DNA of 64,000 nucleotides from Felis catus (Eukaryota). A program made the translations under genes and the position numbers. Below the pieces are notes generated by a model that saw nothing but the letters and a program-made list of their open reading frames with translations, was not told where the DNA came from and did no database searches. The stretch covers positions 102,982,001-103,046,000 of the forward strand of contig NC_058377.1 of the NCBI RefSeq assembly GCF_018350175.1, read 5' to 3'. The first letter of the stretch is position 1, and the number at the start of each line of letters is the position of its first letter. Below are positions 37,874-50,769 of this stretch, in pieces.

Positions 37874-40800
37874 TCAGGGTCCACATAAGAGTGAAACCAT
37901 ATGGTATCTGTCTTTCTCTGTATGGCTTATTTCACTTAGCATCACACTCTCCAGTTCCATCCACGTTGCTACAAAAGGCCATATTTCATTTTTTCTCATT
38001 GCCACGTAATATTCCATTGTGTATATAAACCACAATTTCTTTATCCATTCATCAGTTGATGGACATTTAGGCTCTTTCCATAATTTGGCTATTGTTGAGA
38101 GTGCTGCTATGAACATTGGGGTACAAGTGGCCCTATGCATCAGTACTCCTGTATCCCTTGGATAAATTCCTAGCAGTGCTATTGCTGGGTCATAGGGTAG
38201 GTCTATTTTTAATTTTCTGAGGAACCTCCACACTGCTTTCCAGAGCGGCTGCACCAATTTGCATTCCCACCAACAGTGCAAGAGGGTTCCCGTTTCTCCA
38301 CATCCTCTCCAGCATCTAGAGTCTCCTGATTTGTTCATTTTGGCCACTCTGACTGGCGNNNNNNNNNNNNNNNNNNNNNNNNNNNNNNNNNNNNNNNNNN
38401 NNNNNNNNNNNNNNNNNNNNNNNNNNNNNNNNNNNNNNNNNNNNNNNNNNNNNNNNNNNNNNNNNNNNNNNNNNNNNNNNNNNNNNNNNNTCTTCACTGG
38501 GTTATTTGTTTTTCGGGTGTGGAGTTTGGTGAGCTCTTTATAGATTTTGGATACTAGCCCTTTGTCCGATATGTCATTTGCGAATATCTTTTCCCATTCC
38601 GTTGGTTGCCTTTTAGTTTTGTTGGTTGTTTCCTTTGCTGTGCAGAAGCTTTTTATCTTCATAAGGTCCCAGTAATTCACTTTTGCTTTTAATTCCCTTG
38701 CCTTTGGGGATGTGTCGAGTAAGAGATTGCTACGGCTGAGGTCAGAGAGGTCTTTTCCTGCTTTCTCCTCTAAGGTTTTGATGGTTTCCTGTCTCACATT
38801 TAGGTCCTTTATCCATTTTGAGTTTATTTTTGTGAATGGTGTGAGAAAGTGGTCTAGTTTCAACCTTCTGCATGTTGCTGTCCAGTTCTCCCAGCACCAT
38901 TTGTTAAAGAGGCTGTCTTTTTTCCATTGGATGTTCTTTCCTGCTTTGTCAAAGATGAGTTGGCCATACGTTTGTGGGTCTAGTTCTGGGGTTTCTATTC
39001 TATTCCATTGGTCTATGTATCTGTTTCTGTGCCAATACCATGCTGTCTTGATGATGACAGCTTTGTAGTAGAGGCTAAAGTCTGGGATTGTGATGCCTCC
39101 TGCTTTGGTCTTCTTCTTCAAAATTCCTTTGGCTATTCGGGGCCTTTTGTGGTTCCATATGAATTTTAGGATTGCTTGTTCTAGTTTCGAGAAGAATGCT
39201 GGTGCAATTTTGATTGGGATTGCATTGAATGTGTAGATAGCTTTGGGTAGTATTGACATTTTGACAATATTTATTTTTCCAATCCATGAGCAGGGAATGT
39301 CTTTCCATTTCTTTAAATCTTCTTCAATTTCCTTCATAAGCTTTCTATAGTTTTCAGCATACAGATCCTTTACATCTTTGGTTAGATTTATTCCTAGGTA
39401 TTTTATGCTTCTTGGTGCAATTGTGAATGGGATCAGTTTCTTTATTTGTCTTTCTGTTGCTTCATTGTTAGTGTATAAGAATGCAACTGATTTCTGTACA
39501 TTGATTTTGTATCCTGCAACTTTGCTGAATTCCTGTATCAGTTCTAGTAGACTTTTGGTGGAGTCTATCGGATTTTCCATGTATAATATCATGTCATCTG
39601 CAAAAAGCGAAAGCTTGACTTCGTCTTTGCCAATTTTGATGCCTTTGATTTCCTTTTGTTGTCTGATTGCTGATGCTAGAACTTCCAGCACTATGTTAAA
39701 CAGCAGCGGTGAGAGTGGGCATCCTTGTCGTGTTCCTGATCTCAGGGAAAAAGCTCTCAGTTTTTCCCCGTTGAGGATGATGTTAGCTGTGGGCTTTTCA
39801 TAGATGGCTTTTATGATCTTTAAGTATGTTCCTTCTATCCCGACTTTCTCAAGGGTTTTTATTAAGAAAGGGTGCTGGATTTTGTCAAAGGCCTTTTCTG
39901 CATCGATTGACAGGATCATATGGTTCTTCTCTTTTTTTTTGTTAATGTGATGTATCACGTTGATTGATTTGCGAATGTTGAACCAGCCCTGCATCCCAGG
40001 AATGAATCCCACTTGATCATGGTGAATAATTCTTTTTATATGCCGTTGAATTCGATTTGCTAGTATCTTATTGAGAATTTTTGCATCCATATTCATCAGG
40101 GATATTGGCCTGTAGTTCTCTTTTTTTACTGGGTCTCTGTCAGGTTTAGGAATCAAAGTAATACTGGCTTCATAGAATGAGTCTGGAAGTTTTCCTTCCC
40201 TTTCTATTTCTTGGAATAGCTTGAGAAGGATAGGTATTATCTCTGCTTTAAATGTCTGGTAGAACTCCCCTGGGAAGCCATCTGGTCCTGGACTCTTATT
40301 TGTTGGGAGATTTTTGATAACCGATTCAATTTCTTCACTGGTTATGGGTCTGTTCAAGCTTTCTATTTCCTCCTGATTGAGTTTTGGAAGCGTGTGGGTG
40401 TTCAGGAATTTGTCCATTTCTTCCAGGTTGTCCAGTTTGTTGGCATATAATTTTTCATAGTATTCCCTGATAATTGTTTGTATCTCTGAGGGATTGGTTG
40501 TAATAATTCCATTTTCATTCATGATTTTATCTATTTGGGTCATCTCCCTTTTCTTTTTGAGAAGCCTGGCTAGAGGTTTGTCAATTTTGTTTATTTTTTC
40601 AAAAAACCAACTCTTGGTTTCGTTGATCTGCTCTACAGTTTTTTTAGATTCTATATTGTTTATTTCTGCTCTGATCTTTATTATTTCTCTTCTTCTGCTG
40701 GGTTTAGGCTGCCTTTGCTGTTCTGCTTCTAGTTCCTTTAGGTGTGCTGTTAGATTTTGTATTTGGGATTTTTCTTGTTTCTTGAGATAGGCCTGGATTG

Positions 40801-41698
40801 CAATGTATTTTCCTCTCAGGACTGCCTTCGCTGCGTCCCAAAGCGTTTGGATTGTTGTATTTTCATTTTCGTTTGTTTCCATATATTTTTTAATTTCTTC
40901 TCTAATTGCCTGGTTGACCCACTCATTCGTTAGTAGGGTGTTCTTTAACCTCCATGCCTTTGGAGGTTTTCCAGACTTTTTCCTGTGGTTGATTTCAAGC
41001 TTCATAGCATTGTGGTCTGAAAGTATGCATGGTATAATTTCAATTCTTGTAAACTTATGAAGGGCTGTTTTGTGACCCAGTATGTGATCTATCTTGGAGA
41101 ATGTTCCATGTGCACTCGAGAAGAAAGTATATTCTGTTGCTTTGGGATGCAGCGTTCTAAATATATCTGTCAAGTCCATCTGATCCAATGTCTCATTCAG
41201 GGCCCTTGTTTCTTTATTGATCGTGTGTCTAGATGATCTGTCCATTTCTGTAAGTGGGGTGTTAAAGTCCCCTGCAATTACCACATTCTTATCAATAAGA
41301 TTGCTTATGTTTATGAGTAATTGTTTTATATATTTGGGGGCTCCGGTATTCGGCGCATAGACATTTATAATTGTTAGCTCTTCCTGATGGATAGACCCTG
41401 TAACTATTATATAATGTCCTTCTTCATCTCTTGTTACAGCCTTTAATTTAAAGTCTAGTTTGTCTGATATAAGTATGGCTACTCCAGCTTTCTTTTGGCT
41501 TCCAGTCGCATGATAAATAGTTCTCCATCCCCTCACTCTCAATCTAAAGGTGTCCTCAGGTCTAAAATGAGTCTCTTGTAGACAGCAAATAGATGGGTCT
41601 TGTTTTTTTATCCATTCTGATACCCTATGTCTTTTGGTTGGTGCATTTAATCCATTTACATTCAGTGTTATTATAGAAAGATACGGGTTGAGAGTCAT
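37874..41698 (-). CDS. L1 ORF2p (APE endonuclease, reverse transcriptase, Cys-rich C-terminus), 1274 aa
   Basis: [45 protein letters not shown]; open apart from 132 masked nt. Confidence 0.96.
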   Translation of the reverse strand: MTLNPYLSIITLNVNGLNAPTKRHRVSEWIKKQDPSICCLQETHFRPEDTFRLRVRGWRTIYHATGSQKKAGVAILISDKLDFKLKAVTRDEEGHYIIVTGSIHQEELTIINVYAPNTGAPKYIKQLLINISNLIDKNVVIAGDFNTPLTEMDRSSRHTINKETRALNETLDQMDLTDIFRTLHPKATEYTFFSSAHGTFSKIDHILGHKTALHKFTRIEIIPCILSDHNAMKLEINHRKKSGKPPKAWRLKNTLLTNEWVNQAIREEIKKYMETNENENTTIQTLWDAAKAVLRGKYIAIQAYLKKQEKSQIQNLTAHLKELEAEQQRQPKPSRRREIIKIRAEINNIESKKTVEQINETKSWFFEKINKIDKPLARLLKKKREMTQIDKIMNENGIITTNPSEIQTIIREYYEKLYANKLDNLEEMDKFLNTHTLPKLNQEEIESLNRPITSEEIESVIKNLPTNKSPGPDGFPGEFYQTFKAEIIPILLKLFQEIEREGKLPDSFYEASITLIPKPDRDPVKKENYRPISLMNMDAKILNKILANRIQRHIKRIIHHDQVGFIPGMQGWFNIRKSINVIHHINKKKEKNHMILSIDAEKAFDKIQHPFLIKTLEKVGIEGTYLKIIKAIYEKPTANIILNGEKLRAFSLRSGTRQGCPLSPLLFNIVLEVLASAIRQQKEIKGIKIGKDEVKLSLFADDMILYMENPIDSTKSLLELIQEFSKVAGYKINVQKSVAFLYTNNEATERQIKKLIPFTIAPRSIKYLGINLTKDVKDLYAENYRKLMKEIEEDLKKWKDIPCSWIGKINIVKMSILPKAIYTFNAIPIKIAPAFFSKLEQAILKFIWNHKRPRIAKGILKKKTKAGGITIPDFSLYYKAVIIKTAWYWHRNRYIDQWNRIETPELDPQTYGQLIFDKAGKNIQWKKDSLFNKWCWENWTATCRRLKLDHFLTPFTKINSKWIKDLNVRQETIKTLEEKAGKDLSDLSRSNLLLDTSPKARELKAKVNYWDLMKIKSFCTAKETTNKTKRQPTEWEKIFANDISDKGLVSKIYKELTKLHTRKTNNPVKXXXXXXXXXXXXXXXXXXXXXXXXXXXXXXXXXXXXXXXXXXXXXPVRVAKMNKSGDSRCWRGCGETGTLLHCWWECKLVQPLWKAVWRFLRKLKIDLPYDPAIALLGIYPRDTGVLMHRATCTPMFIAALSTIAKLWKEPKCPSTDEWIKKLWFIYTMEYYVAMRKNEIWPFVATWMELESVMLSEISHTEKDRYHMVSLLCGP

Positions 41699-41748
41699 TG
41701 TGATGTCTGTATGATTTATGCTTGTAGTGATGTCTCTGGGACTTTGTC

Positions 41749-42642
41749 TCACAGGGTCCCCCTTAGGATCTCTTGTAGGGCTGGTTTAGTGGTGACAAAT
41801 TCCTTCAGTTTTTGTTTGTTTGGGAAAACCTTTATCTCTCCTTCTATTCTAAATGACAGACTTGCTGGGTAAAGGATTCTCGGCTGCATATTTTTTCTGT
41901 CTAGCACCCTGAAAATCTCGTGCCAATTCTTTCTGGCCTGCCAAGTTTCAAAAGAGAGATCAGTCACGAGTCTTATAGGTCTCCCTTTATATGTGAGGGC
42001 ACGTTTACCCCTTGCTGCTTTCAGAATTTTCTCTTTATCCTTGTATTTTGCCAGTTTCACTATGATATGTCGTGCAGAAGATCGATTCAAGTTACGTCTG
42101 AAGGGAGTTCTCTGTGCCTCTTGGATTTCAATGCCTTTTTCCTTCCCCAGTTCAGGGAAGTTCTCAGCTATTATTTCTTCAAGTACCCCTTCAGCACCTT
42201 TCCCTCTCTCTTCCTCCTCTGGGATACCAATTATGCGTATATTATTTCTTTTTAGTGTATCACTTAGTTCTCTAATTTTCCCCTCATACTCCTGGATTTT
42301 TTTATCTCTCTTTTTCTCAGCTTCCTCTTTTTCCATAACTTTATCCTCTAGTTCACCTATTCTCTTCTCTGCCTCTTCAAGCCGAGCTGTGGTGGTTTCC
42401 ATTTTGTTATGCATTTCGTTTAAAGCGTTTTTCAGCTCCTCGTGACTGTTCCTTAGTCCCTTGATCTCTGTAGCAAGAGATTCTCTGCTGTCCTGTATAC
42501 TGTTTTCAAGCCCAGCGATTAATTTTATGACTATTATTCTAAATTCACTTTCTGTTAAATTATTTAAATCCTTTTTGATCAGTTCATTAGCTGTTGTTAT
42601 TTCCTGGAGATTCTTCTGAGGGGAATTCTTCCGCTTGGTCAT
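41749..42642 (-). CDS. L1 ORF1p RNA-binding/chaperone protein, 297 aa
   Basis: [10 protein letters not shown] start, coiled coil, [38 protein letters not shown]. Confidence 0.96.
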   Translation of the reverse strand: MTKRKNSPQKNLQEITTANELIKKDLNNLTESEFRIIVIKLIAGLENSIQDSRESLATEIKGLRNSHEELKNALNEMHNKMETTTARLEEAEKRIGELEDKVMEKEEAEKKRDKKIQEYEGKIRELSDTLKRNNIRIIGIPEEEERGKGAEGVLEEIIAENFPELGKEKGIEIQEAQRTPFRRNLNRSSARHIIVKLAKYKDKEKILKAARGKRALTYKGRPIRLVTDLSFETWQARKNWHEIFRVLDRKNMQPRILYPASLSFRIEGEIKVFPNKQKLKEFVTTKPALQEILRGTL

Positions 42643-43571
42643 TTTGGATAGTCCCTGGCGTGGTGAGGACCTGCAGGGCACTTCCCCTGTGTTGTGGTGT
42701 ATAACTGGAGTTGGTGGGCGGGGCCGCAGTCAGACCTGATGTCTGCCCCCAGCCCACTGCTGGGGCCACAGTCAGATGGTGTGTGCCTTCTCTTCCCCTC
42801 TCCTAGGGGCGGGATTCACTGTGGGGTGGTGTGGCCCGTCTGGGCTACTTGCACACTGCCAGGCTTGTGATGCTGGGGATCTGGCGTATTAGCTGGGGTG
42901 GGTAGGCAAGGTGCACGGGGGTAGGAGGGGCAGGCTTAGATCGCTTCTCCTTAGGTGATCCTCTTCAGGAGGGGCCCTGTGGCAGCGGGAGGGAGTCAGA
43001 TCCGCTGCCGGAGGTTTGGCTCCGCAGAAGCACAGAGTTGGGTGTTTGCGCGGAGCGAGCAAGTTCCCTGGCAGGAACTGGTTCTCTTTGGGATTTTGGC
43101 TGGGGGATGGGCGGGGGAGATGGCGCTGGCGAGCGCCTTTGTTCCCCACCAAGCTGAGCTCTGTCGTCAGGGGGCTCAGCAGCTCTCCCTCCCTTTGTCC
43201 TCCAGCCTTCCTGCTTTCCAAGCAGAGCTGTTAACTTATGACCTCCCAGATGCTAAGTCGCGCTTGTTGTGGGAACACAGTCCGTCAGGCCCCTCCGCTT
43301 TTGCCAGCCAGACTCGGGGGCTCTGCTTGGCCGGCGAGCCGCCCCTCCGCCCCGGCTCCCTCCCGCCAGTCCGTGGAGCGCGCACCGCCACGCCGCCCTT
43401 CCTACCCTCTTCCGTGGGCCTCTCGTCTGCGTTTGGCTCCGGCGACTCCGTTCTGCTAATCCTCTGGCGGTTTTCTGGGTTATTTAGGCAGGTGTAGGTG
43501 GAATCTAAGTGATCAGCAGGACGCGCGGTGCGCCCAGCGTCCTCCTAAGCCGCCATCTTGCCGCTTCTCCC
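42643..43571 (-). promoter_or_regulatory. L1 5'UTR internal promoter, CpG-rich
   Basis: GC/CpG-rich; YY1-type CAAGATGGCGGC at 43560-43549 near the 5' end. Confidence 0.88.
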
Positions 43572-44534
43572 TCTTACCCATTATTCTTTATTGCCACTTC
43601 TGAAACATATCAAACACAAAACTATGTCGCACACAACACTAACAAAAGCAGTTTATTCGTGAACTTGCATCAAAAAAAAAACCCATTTCCAGTAAATTTC
43701 ATTTCAGCAGGTGTTCAAGGGTGTTAGTAAAGAGTAAATTCATTGAGAGAAATGAAGAAATACTGAGCCAGTGTATATTTGGCAGGTGCTTTGTTAAGAT
43801 ATGGCTTTTGGAAGTGGGGGAGATGTTCTAACTGGTCTTCAGGTACATTTGTCACTGATTGGTTGGCTGCAAGTGGGCAAGTGAACAGTTAGGGAAATTT
43901 AAAAAGAGGAAGAATTATTCGCTGTTAGAGGTGGCGAGTTTTTGAGACTGCTAATTTTCTACAAGAGCTGAGATCATTATCAGGTTGATATTGGTGGTGT
44001 TCCCCCCTTGAAGTGAGTTTTTGTAACTCGCTTTCACCTATATAACTTGGAATTTCTGGAGTTGTTTTGATGCTCAGAAAAGTTATTTTTAAATAAGGCT
44101 CAAAGCTTTATTTTCAGTGAAATAACCATATTAAGCTATTGCTTAAAAGGACTTTCCATGCACTCGAGGGAAATAAATAAAATAAATAAATGTAAGAGCT
44201 GAATGTTGATAATGCCTATGAAAAATAGAGCAGGCTTAGGGAAAAAGTCCATGGAAAAGGAGTCACTATCTTGTAAAGTTCTCGTGGCAGGCGTCTACGG
44301 ACTCCTTGAGTGGGTAACATTTAACTAGAACTCTGAAATAAGTGAAGAAATAGCCCATGGAGAAAATAGCTAATACCGAGACAAGGCAAGATTGGGGCTG
44401 TCCAGTATTTCCAGTACAAGGGTGAATGAGGTGGATGAGCGATATTACTCCACTAAAGTACAAATTAATGAGTGGCATTAACCACTTCAGAGCATTCATT
44501 ACCAAAAACCCCAAGCACCATTATTATTTTTGAA

Positions 44535-44566
44535 TGCATTTTTAATTTTAGTTCTGCATGTTTATT

Positions 44567-44602
<36 letters not shown>

Positions 44603-44739
44603 AGCATGCGGGGGAGGGGCAGAAACAGAGGGAGACAGAGGATCTGAAGTGGGCTCCGTGCTGACAGCAAGGCTGAAACTCACGAAATATGAGTTTATGA
44701 CCTGAGCCGAAGTCGGATGCTTGGCCACCCAGATGCCCC
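44535..44739 (-). mobile_element. Can-SINE with internal deletions
   Basis: GGGGCATCTGGGTGG head, (GA)n tract. Confidence 0.85.
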
Positions 44740-44944
44740 TTTAATGTAATTTTTAAGACAAAATGTGAAGAGTTGGCACTCAAAAGATAAAGGTAAAAAT
44801 AATGTAATTACATCTCCTTTTATTCCAACATGCTTATTTTCTTTGGCAAACTTCCACGTGAATATACTTTTTTCTTTCCAAATCACTCAGTAATGACTGA
44901 AGCTTTAATTTGTTGAGTTGCTATCATTATTTGCCTCTGGATGG

Positions 44945-44995
44945 AATGTGCCAACAAAAGCATATACTTCATCATGAAATAAACTTTATTAAAAA
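44945..44995 (-). terminator. Putative polyadenylation signal of OR5B gene 3
   Basis: AATAAA (44990-44985) with downstream CTTTTGTTGG, homologous to 24745-24780. Confidence 0.55.
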
Positions 44996-45152
44996 CCATT
45001 ACTTTTTTTTTGCATTGTAGAGGGTTGGACTTATTCCTCAACAAAAATAAATAATATTAGACCAATATTTTTTCTAATATCCCAAATGTCCTTAACATTT
45101 GAGTTGTGGCATGGAGTAAATCTAATAAGGATTTAATAGCTTTCTGTGGATT

Positions 45153-46103
45153 CTACTTCATTAAGACAAAACCTAGAGAAAAATTTGCCTTTTTAACAAC
45201 CTTTTTGAATGCATTCTTGACCTCTTTGTTCCTCAGACTATAGACCACAGGGTTCAGCATGGGGATGAGCACAGTGTAGAACACGGATGCGATTTTGTCT
45301 GTGTCCATGGAATGGCTGGAACTTGGCTGTAAGTACATGATGATGACTGTCCCATAAAATATGGAAACTGTAATGAGGTGAGACACACAGGTGGATAAAG
45401 CCTTCTGGTATCCCTCACCTGAGTGTATCTTCAGAATGGTAGTAAATATGAACAGGTAGGAAATAAAGATGACAAAAAGTGCAAAAAAGACATTGAAGCT
45501 TGAGATAAAAACAAGAATCAGCTCACTTTTGTGTTTATCAGAGCACGTCAAAGTCATGACAGCTGGAATATCACAGAAAAAGTGATGAACCACATTGGAC
45601 ACACAGAAAGAGAGACTAAAGGTGTCTCCAATGTTTATAGAGGCATTTAAGACGCCACAGGCATAGGAGCCTATGGCCAGACGAGCACACAAACCTGTCG
45701 TCATGGTGGTGGTGTAATGGAGGGGTTTGCACACTGCTGCATAGCGGTCATAGGCCATTGAGGCCAAGAGGTAATTTTCCACAGTGGCAAAGACTGCAAA
45801 AAAGAACATCTGGGCAGCACATGCATTGTAGGAGATGAGCTTGTCTCCCGTTAGGAGCCCAGCCATGACCTTGGGAGTGACTGTTGAGGAGTAACAAAAG
45901 TCAACCAGAGACAGGTTACTGAGGAAGAAATACATAGGAGTGTGGAGACGAGAGTCCAGCAAGATCAGCACGATCATCCCCAGGTTTCCAATCAGAGTGA
46001 CGAGGTAGATGAGCGTGAACATTATAAAGAGAGGAAACTGCAGTTCTGGGTTATCGGTTAGTCCCAGCAGGATGAAATTGGTCACGTCTGTACGATTCTT
46101 CAT
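45153..46103 (-). CDS. Olfactory receptor OR5B-like (OR5B2/OR5B3/OR5B17 group), intact 316 aa (OR5B gene 3)
   Basis: MKNRT start, [54 protein letters not shown]; acceptor AG at 46133-46132. Confidence 0.95.
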   Translation of the reverse strand: MKNRTDVTNFILLGLTDNPELQFPLFIMFTLIYLVTLIGNLGMIVLILLDSRLHTPMYFFLSNLSLVDFCYSSTVTPKVMAGLLTGDKLISYNACAAQMFFFAVFATVENYLLASMAYDRYAAVCKPLHYTTTMTTGLCARLAIGSYACGVLNASINIGDTFSLSFCVSNVVHHFFCDIPAVMTLTCSDKHKSELILVFISSFNVFFALFVIFISYLFIFTTILKIHSGEGYQKALSTCVSHLITVSIFYGTVIIMYLQPSSSHSMDTDKIASVFYTVLIPMLNPVVYSLRNKEVKNAFKKVVKKANFSLGFVLMK

Positions 46104-46586
46104 GGATGTGATTTGAGAATCACGAGATGCTCTGTGGCAAAGAATGATCAATAAAAAAAAGTTGCACGGAAATTGAAAAGCATGAGCGTTATTTTATTAT
46201 GGCCATACTTTATTTGTGAATATTCTCCATTTCTAAGCATGGGAATGACAAATGCAATTTAGTGATAACTTATCCATAAAAGAATAGACTTTTGTACAGG
46301 AAGGTTCATCATAGATCGTCTTCCCAATTTATTTTTGTATATGAGTAAATTGAGTCACAGGAAAGGGTAATGAGCTAAGGCCACATGCCAAGAAATGTTT
46401 GAGCTCCCAAATCAAATCTTTTGGGTTCACCGATCATTTCTACTTCAATAGTGTTTATGTGTATTTATTCATTCCTCTCCATATCCCCATTAGATTGATT
46501 AGTTATTATGCTCATATATATCATAAGTAACTTGGCAACAAAGAGACTGAGTATTCAAGTTTACCTGGTTACTGACAGAGCCATTC

Positions 46587-46803
46587 TTTTTTTTTTTTTT
46601 AATTTTTTATAACGCTTATTTTTTTTTTGAGACAGAGCGTGAACAGGGGAGGGGCAGAGAGAGAGGGAGACACAGAATCTGAAACAGGCTCCAGGCTCTG
46701 AGCCATCAGCCCAGAGCCCGACGTGGGGCTCGAACTCACGGACAGCGAGATCGTGACCTGGCTGAAGTCGGACGCTCAACCGACCAAACCACCCAGGCGC
46801 CCC
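46587..46803 (-). mobile_element. Young Can-SINE (SINEC_Fc-type)
   Basis: CpG-retaining body; TSD GACAGAGCCATTCTT. Confidence 0.92.
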
Positions 46804-48334
46804 GACAGAGCCATTCTTTAGACACATTCAGAACGGCTTCCAAACTAAATGTCATCAGTGAATTTGAATTGATTTTAATCTCATTCAATTTACACTTAAT
46901 CATGGTATCCATTCTTCCAAACTTAATGTTTGGGGTTGCACAACGGTGCAATCCACAAATATATGTACATATATGCAGTGAGATTAGTGCAACATTAGAG
47001 ACACATACAGTCAACAAAGGTAAAAGAAGGTACAGAATTGGGTGTAAAATATTGGCCTCTGGGCTTATGTGTACATGCATTCACACAGAAGAAATCCATT
47101 TACCACCTGGGAGATATCGGTCCTAAATGAAGTTTCCTGAGCCTCATTTTATCCATCAGTAAAACGAAGGTGATATTGGAACCTACCTCTGTGTTCCTGT
47201 GAGTGTTAGATGAAATAATCAGGACACACAGTTCACGCAATGTGGGTATTCAGCACCATCCCGATGTGTTCTATTCATAATCTTATAATTAGGATGGAAC
47301 AAGGTGCCAGTGGGTTTTGACATCCGGCAGCTTTACTCTGATGTGAGTTTTCTGACACGCTATGCCTACTTAGATTTTTTTTGTGTCTTCCAGTATTTCT
47401 CAGTCTGTCCTACATCCCCCGTGTTCGTGGCTTTGTCACGCATTCTGTGTGAAAACCCTCACACAGACCTCTTTTGTTTAATTGCTTCCTTTTGGTCCAC
47501 ATTTTAGTTTGGGTTGAAAGACTCCTATTTTATCCTAGACATATTCTTACAGTCATTAGTGTCAGCATGTAGCTGGATCATATACACTGAGGGGTGAAAA
47601 CCCATATATGTGAAGTTGACTCTAGTCTGCAGATTGTTTTTGAGCAAGCACCATGGTTTAAATCCTTTTATTTATACTTGAAGTGTTGAGGGACATCCAT
47701 TTTCTGGTAACTACTATTTTCCACCATCTTCTTTCTGGCCCCTCTACACATTGTATGTCTGGAATTTAAGGAATTTGTGTTTGTGAACCCATCACTCAAT
47801 AATAGTATCAAGTTATAATTTCTTGTTTAGCATTTGTCATGTTTTATGATGACTGGAATGCTCTTATTGGGCCCACATGGATAGTCCAATATAAAATTGT
47901 TATCTCAAAATTCTTAACTTTACTCATACGTGCACAATACCTTTTACCATGTAAGAGAACATAAGCACAGATTCCAGGATTAGGATGTGGGCATACAGGG
48001 GAGCATTATTCTGACTGCCACAGTGGGGATGAAAAGAATACATAATAGGTAAATTATCTAGGGAGTTAGACACTGTTGAAGCTGAGACACCTTCACAGAT
48101 CTTGTGGCCAACTTTCTGATTGTGTATAATTATCAACAGAAACAGGTATTAACTTATTCAGGGTCACATATCTGGAATAAATCCATTCCCAGATCACATT
48201 TCTGGGAATTAGTAACAACTTTAACCCAGTGTTTCCATGCCAGTATATCTCACAGATAAACAGAAATCAGAAACGACAGACAAGTAGGCCGGCAGAGACA
48301 CCAAAGACAGGAATATAGATGATGGATCAAGAAG

Positions 48335-48400
48335 GGATAGATGGATGGATGGATGGATGAATGGGTGGATGGATATAGAAGAGGAAAGGTATAAATTGTG

Positions 48401-48430
<30 letters not shown>
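48335..48430. repeat. (GGAT)n and (CA)n microsatellites
   Basis: Directly visible. Confidence 0.9.
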
Positions 48431-48434
<4 letters not shown>

Positions 48435-48687
48435 AATTTACAGTTAAGACAATGAAGGATTTGGAAGTTACATGCCTTCTTAAAATTCTACATCTAGTCC
48501 GAGTTAAGATAAAAACCCATATATCACTGATTTTAATGCCTGTGGCTTGAATCATTGCATTGTTAGATTTTCTAGATGATCCAGTAATAAAAGGGCAGGT
48601 TGTAGGGAAATTACAGTAAAACTGGAGTAAGGATCTTGGTAGCTTTATGATGATCCTTCTGGAGTCTGAAGGAGTGTCATTTCGCCC

Positions 48688-49360
48688 TGTTTGGTTAGTT
48701 ATCCCTTCAATAACAAGTCAAAAATTTACCACGTACCCAATCTTACCATCTATCATAGTTGCACTGTAAGCCTCGACAGAAGGTTTTCTTTTTTCTAATG
48801 CAAGTGCCTGATTTATGGTTTGATTGCCTAGGTAGCCACCCAGAGAGACACCCACTTCAAAGATGTCTATCTCAGAAAAAAAATGTTTATCTCACATGTT
48901 CTACCGATTCAGCCAATCAGGTGATGTCTATCTTGAATAAACCCATTGCCAGCCACTAGATAAAGAGTTAGCTTCTCACCTCCCAGACTCCTTGGTTTTA
49001 GAGATCTTGGTGGATTTCAATAACTTACCATCCCAGGCCACTTGTTTTTCTCTTACAATGCTTTAAATTCCCTCTTTTATGCTTTAAATTCACCACTCAA
49101 GTGTGAACCCCAGATACCTTAGGTGTCCATCCACCACACCAACAAAAGCAGAACCCAGACCTGCTCTCTCTCCCTATTCATGACCTTGCTGTGTGGCCCC
49201 AGGGATGCCATGTGGTTTCCAGGATCTGTGAATAATAAACTTTATCTCTTTCAAATCTCCTGATGGTTACGGGTGAGCAGGTCTTGCAGTCATAACGAGA
49301 ACCTCAAGAGTCAGTTCAGCCACAAGTCTGGTTGCCAACAGACTTGGACCAGCACAAAAC
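48688..49360 (+). mobile_element. Probable old ERV solo LTR in the intron of OR5B gene 3
   Basis: CCAAT box (CAGCCAATCAG), CT tract and AATAAA in LTR-like order; absent from the equivalent introns of genes 2 and 4; family not identified. Confidence 0.45.
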
Positions 49361-49604
49361 AATAGATTTTTTGCTAACTTCTTAAGGAAAGCAGCACGAA
49401 ATTTTGTAAATACTATCCTACTCTCTGAGGATTAGAATGTTGTGGGTTTTTTTTTTTTTTTTGCATTTGAATCCTATACTTAAGCCAAGGTTTCAGAAAA
49501 AGTGTGCAAACAACTAGATAGGAGCTCAAAAACTCTTAGAAGAGGTAGCGGCCTCGCTGCTTCTGCATCAATTACATTTTTTTCACTAAAAGCGTATATT
49601 AAAC

Positions 49605-50345
49605 AGAGAAGCTTACCTTGCTCTTGAAAAAAAATAAAAGACAATCCTGAACTGAGTCTGAAATCAGAAATTCAGACCTAGACCTAGAAGAATGTATAAA
49701 CAATTTTGGAGCATATCTCAGGTATTGGTCCCAAAGTTCCAAGGTACATGGAGAGATGAAGAAAGGATCATAAACATGGAGTTAGGAAGCTCAGGCTCAA
49801 GTCTTGCATCTACCGTGGATTTTTCTGTGTATTTAGAAGAGTCATTTACCTTACATAGAGGTCAGTTTCCTTATTTGTGGTATAGACATAATAAAATTAC
49901 TTGTCCCCCGATTTCACAGAATTTTGTCTGTGAATGAGGGTGGGTCTTTAAGGACCTTAGTAAGGGTTATCCTTTCAACATAAAATAATATAATTATTAC
50001 CTTAAGGTGTTTCCCCTGGCTGTGGTTGCAGGGTAACTGCCAACACTCAGTTTGGGAAAACACTGGTGTGTGTACTAAAAAGCATTAGCATTCATTTAGA
50101 TAAGTGGTGACCAAAAGAGTCTACACGGAGTCTGGTCCCTTTACAATATTGTCATGTGGAGTCATGATATGATTTCAGGCCCTAATGAATGGGAACCAGG
50201 AGAAAATTTGTAGGTGTGAAATTCCTAGGGGACAGGCCCATATGAGGGCAATCACTTCTATCTAGGGAAGAAGCAATTAAATTGTATACAGGGATATAAT
50301 TTCTTCTGTTGAGTAGCACATAGATGCATTTGTGGTAATTTCCTT
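49605..50345 (-). promoter_or_regulatory. OR5B gene 3 upstream module: splice donor, 5' exon and promoter core
   Basis: AAG|GTAAGC (GT at 49616-49615); CTAATGA, ATTCCTAGGGGA (50221-50232), TCTAGGGA, GCAATTAA. Confidence 0.72.
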
Positions 50346-50769
50346 TCCTTCCCCAAATTTTATTAAGCTGTTACTTGATCCATAACTAGTGGGTTTAATA
50401 CATTCACATTTTTATATTATTGATATTTATATTAGATTGTAAAAACTTACTTTGTTTCTTGTATGCCATCTATTTGATTTTATTTTTTTCCTTTCCATTC
50501 TTTTACTTGTTGTAATTAAATTGTAGACTGTTGGATTTTTAGAGATTGATAAATGAAATCCTGTTTTCCTTCTTGGGTTTACAACAAAGCAAAAATATTA
50601 CACATAGGCCAAAAATATGGAGAGTACATTCAGCTTTAATACTACTAAGGCCATTCAAAAATTTGATTCTGGTATGTAGACAGATGGGTTTCTTTTCCAT
50701 CCTGAATTACCCTGTTGTAGCCAATGCAGCTGATGTTCTATCCAAATCCCCTAGGCACTCATGAGGCTC

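Larger units (their letters stand above)
37634..43571 (-). mobile_element. Full-length young LINE-1 (carnivore/felid L1), about 5.9 kb
   Basis: 5'UTR, ORF1, ORF2, 3'UTR and poly(A); perfect TSD TCTTACCCATTATTC at 37619-37633 and 43572-43586. Confidence 0.98.

Noticed and set aside
38259-42445. Several + strand ORFs of 85-150 aa
   Set aside because: Antisense shadows of L1 ORF1/ORF2.
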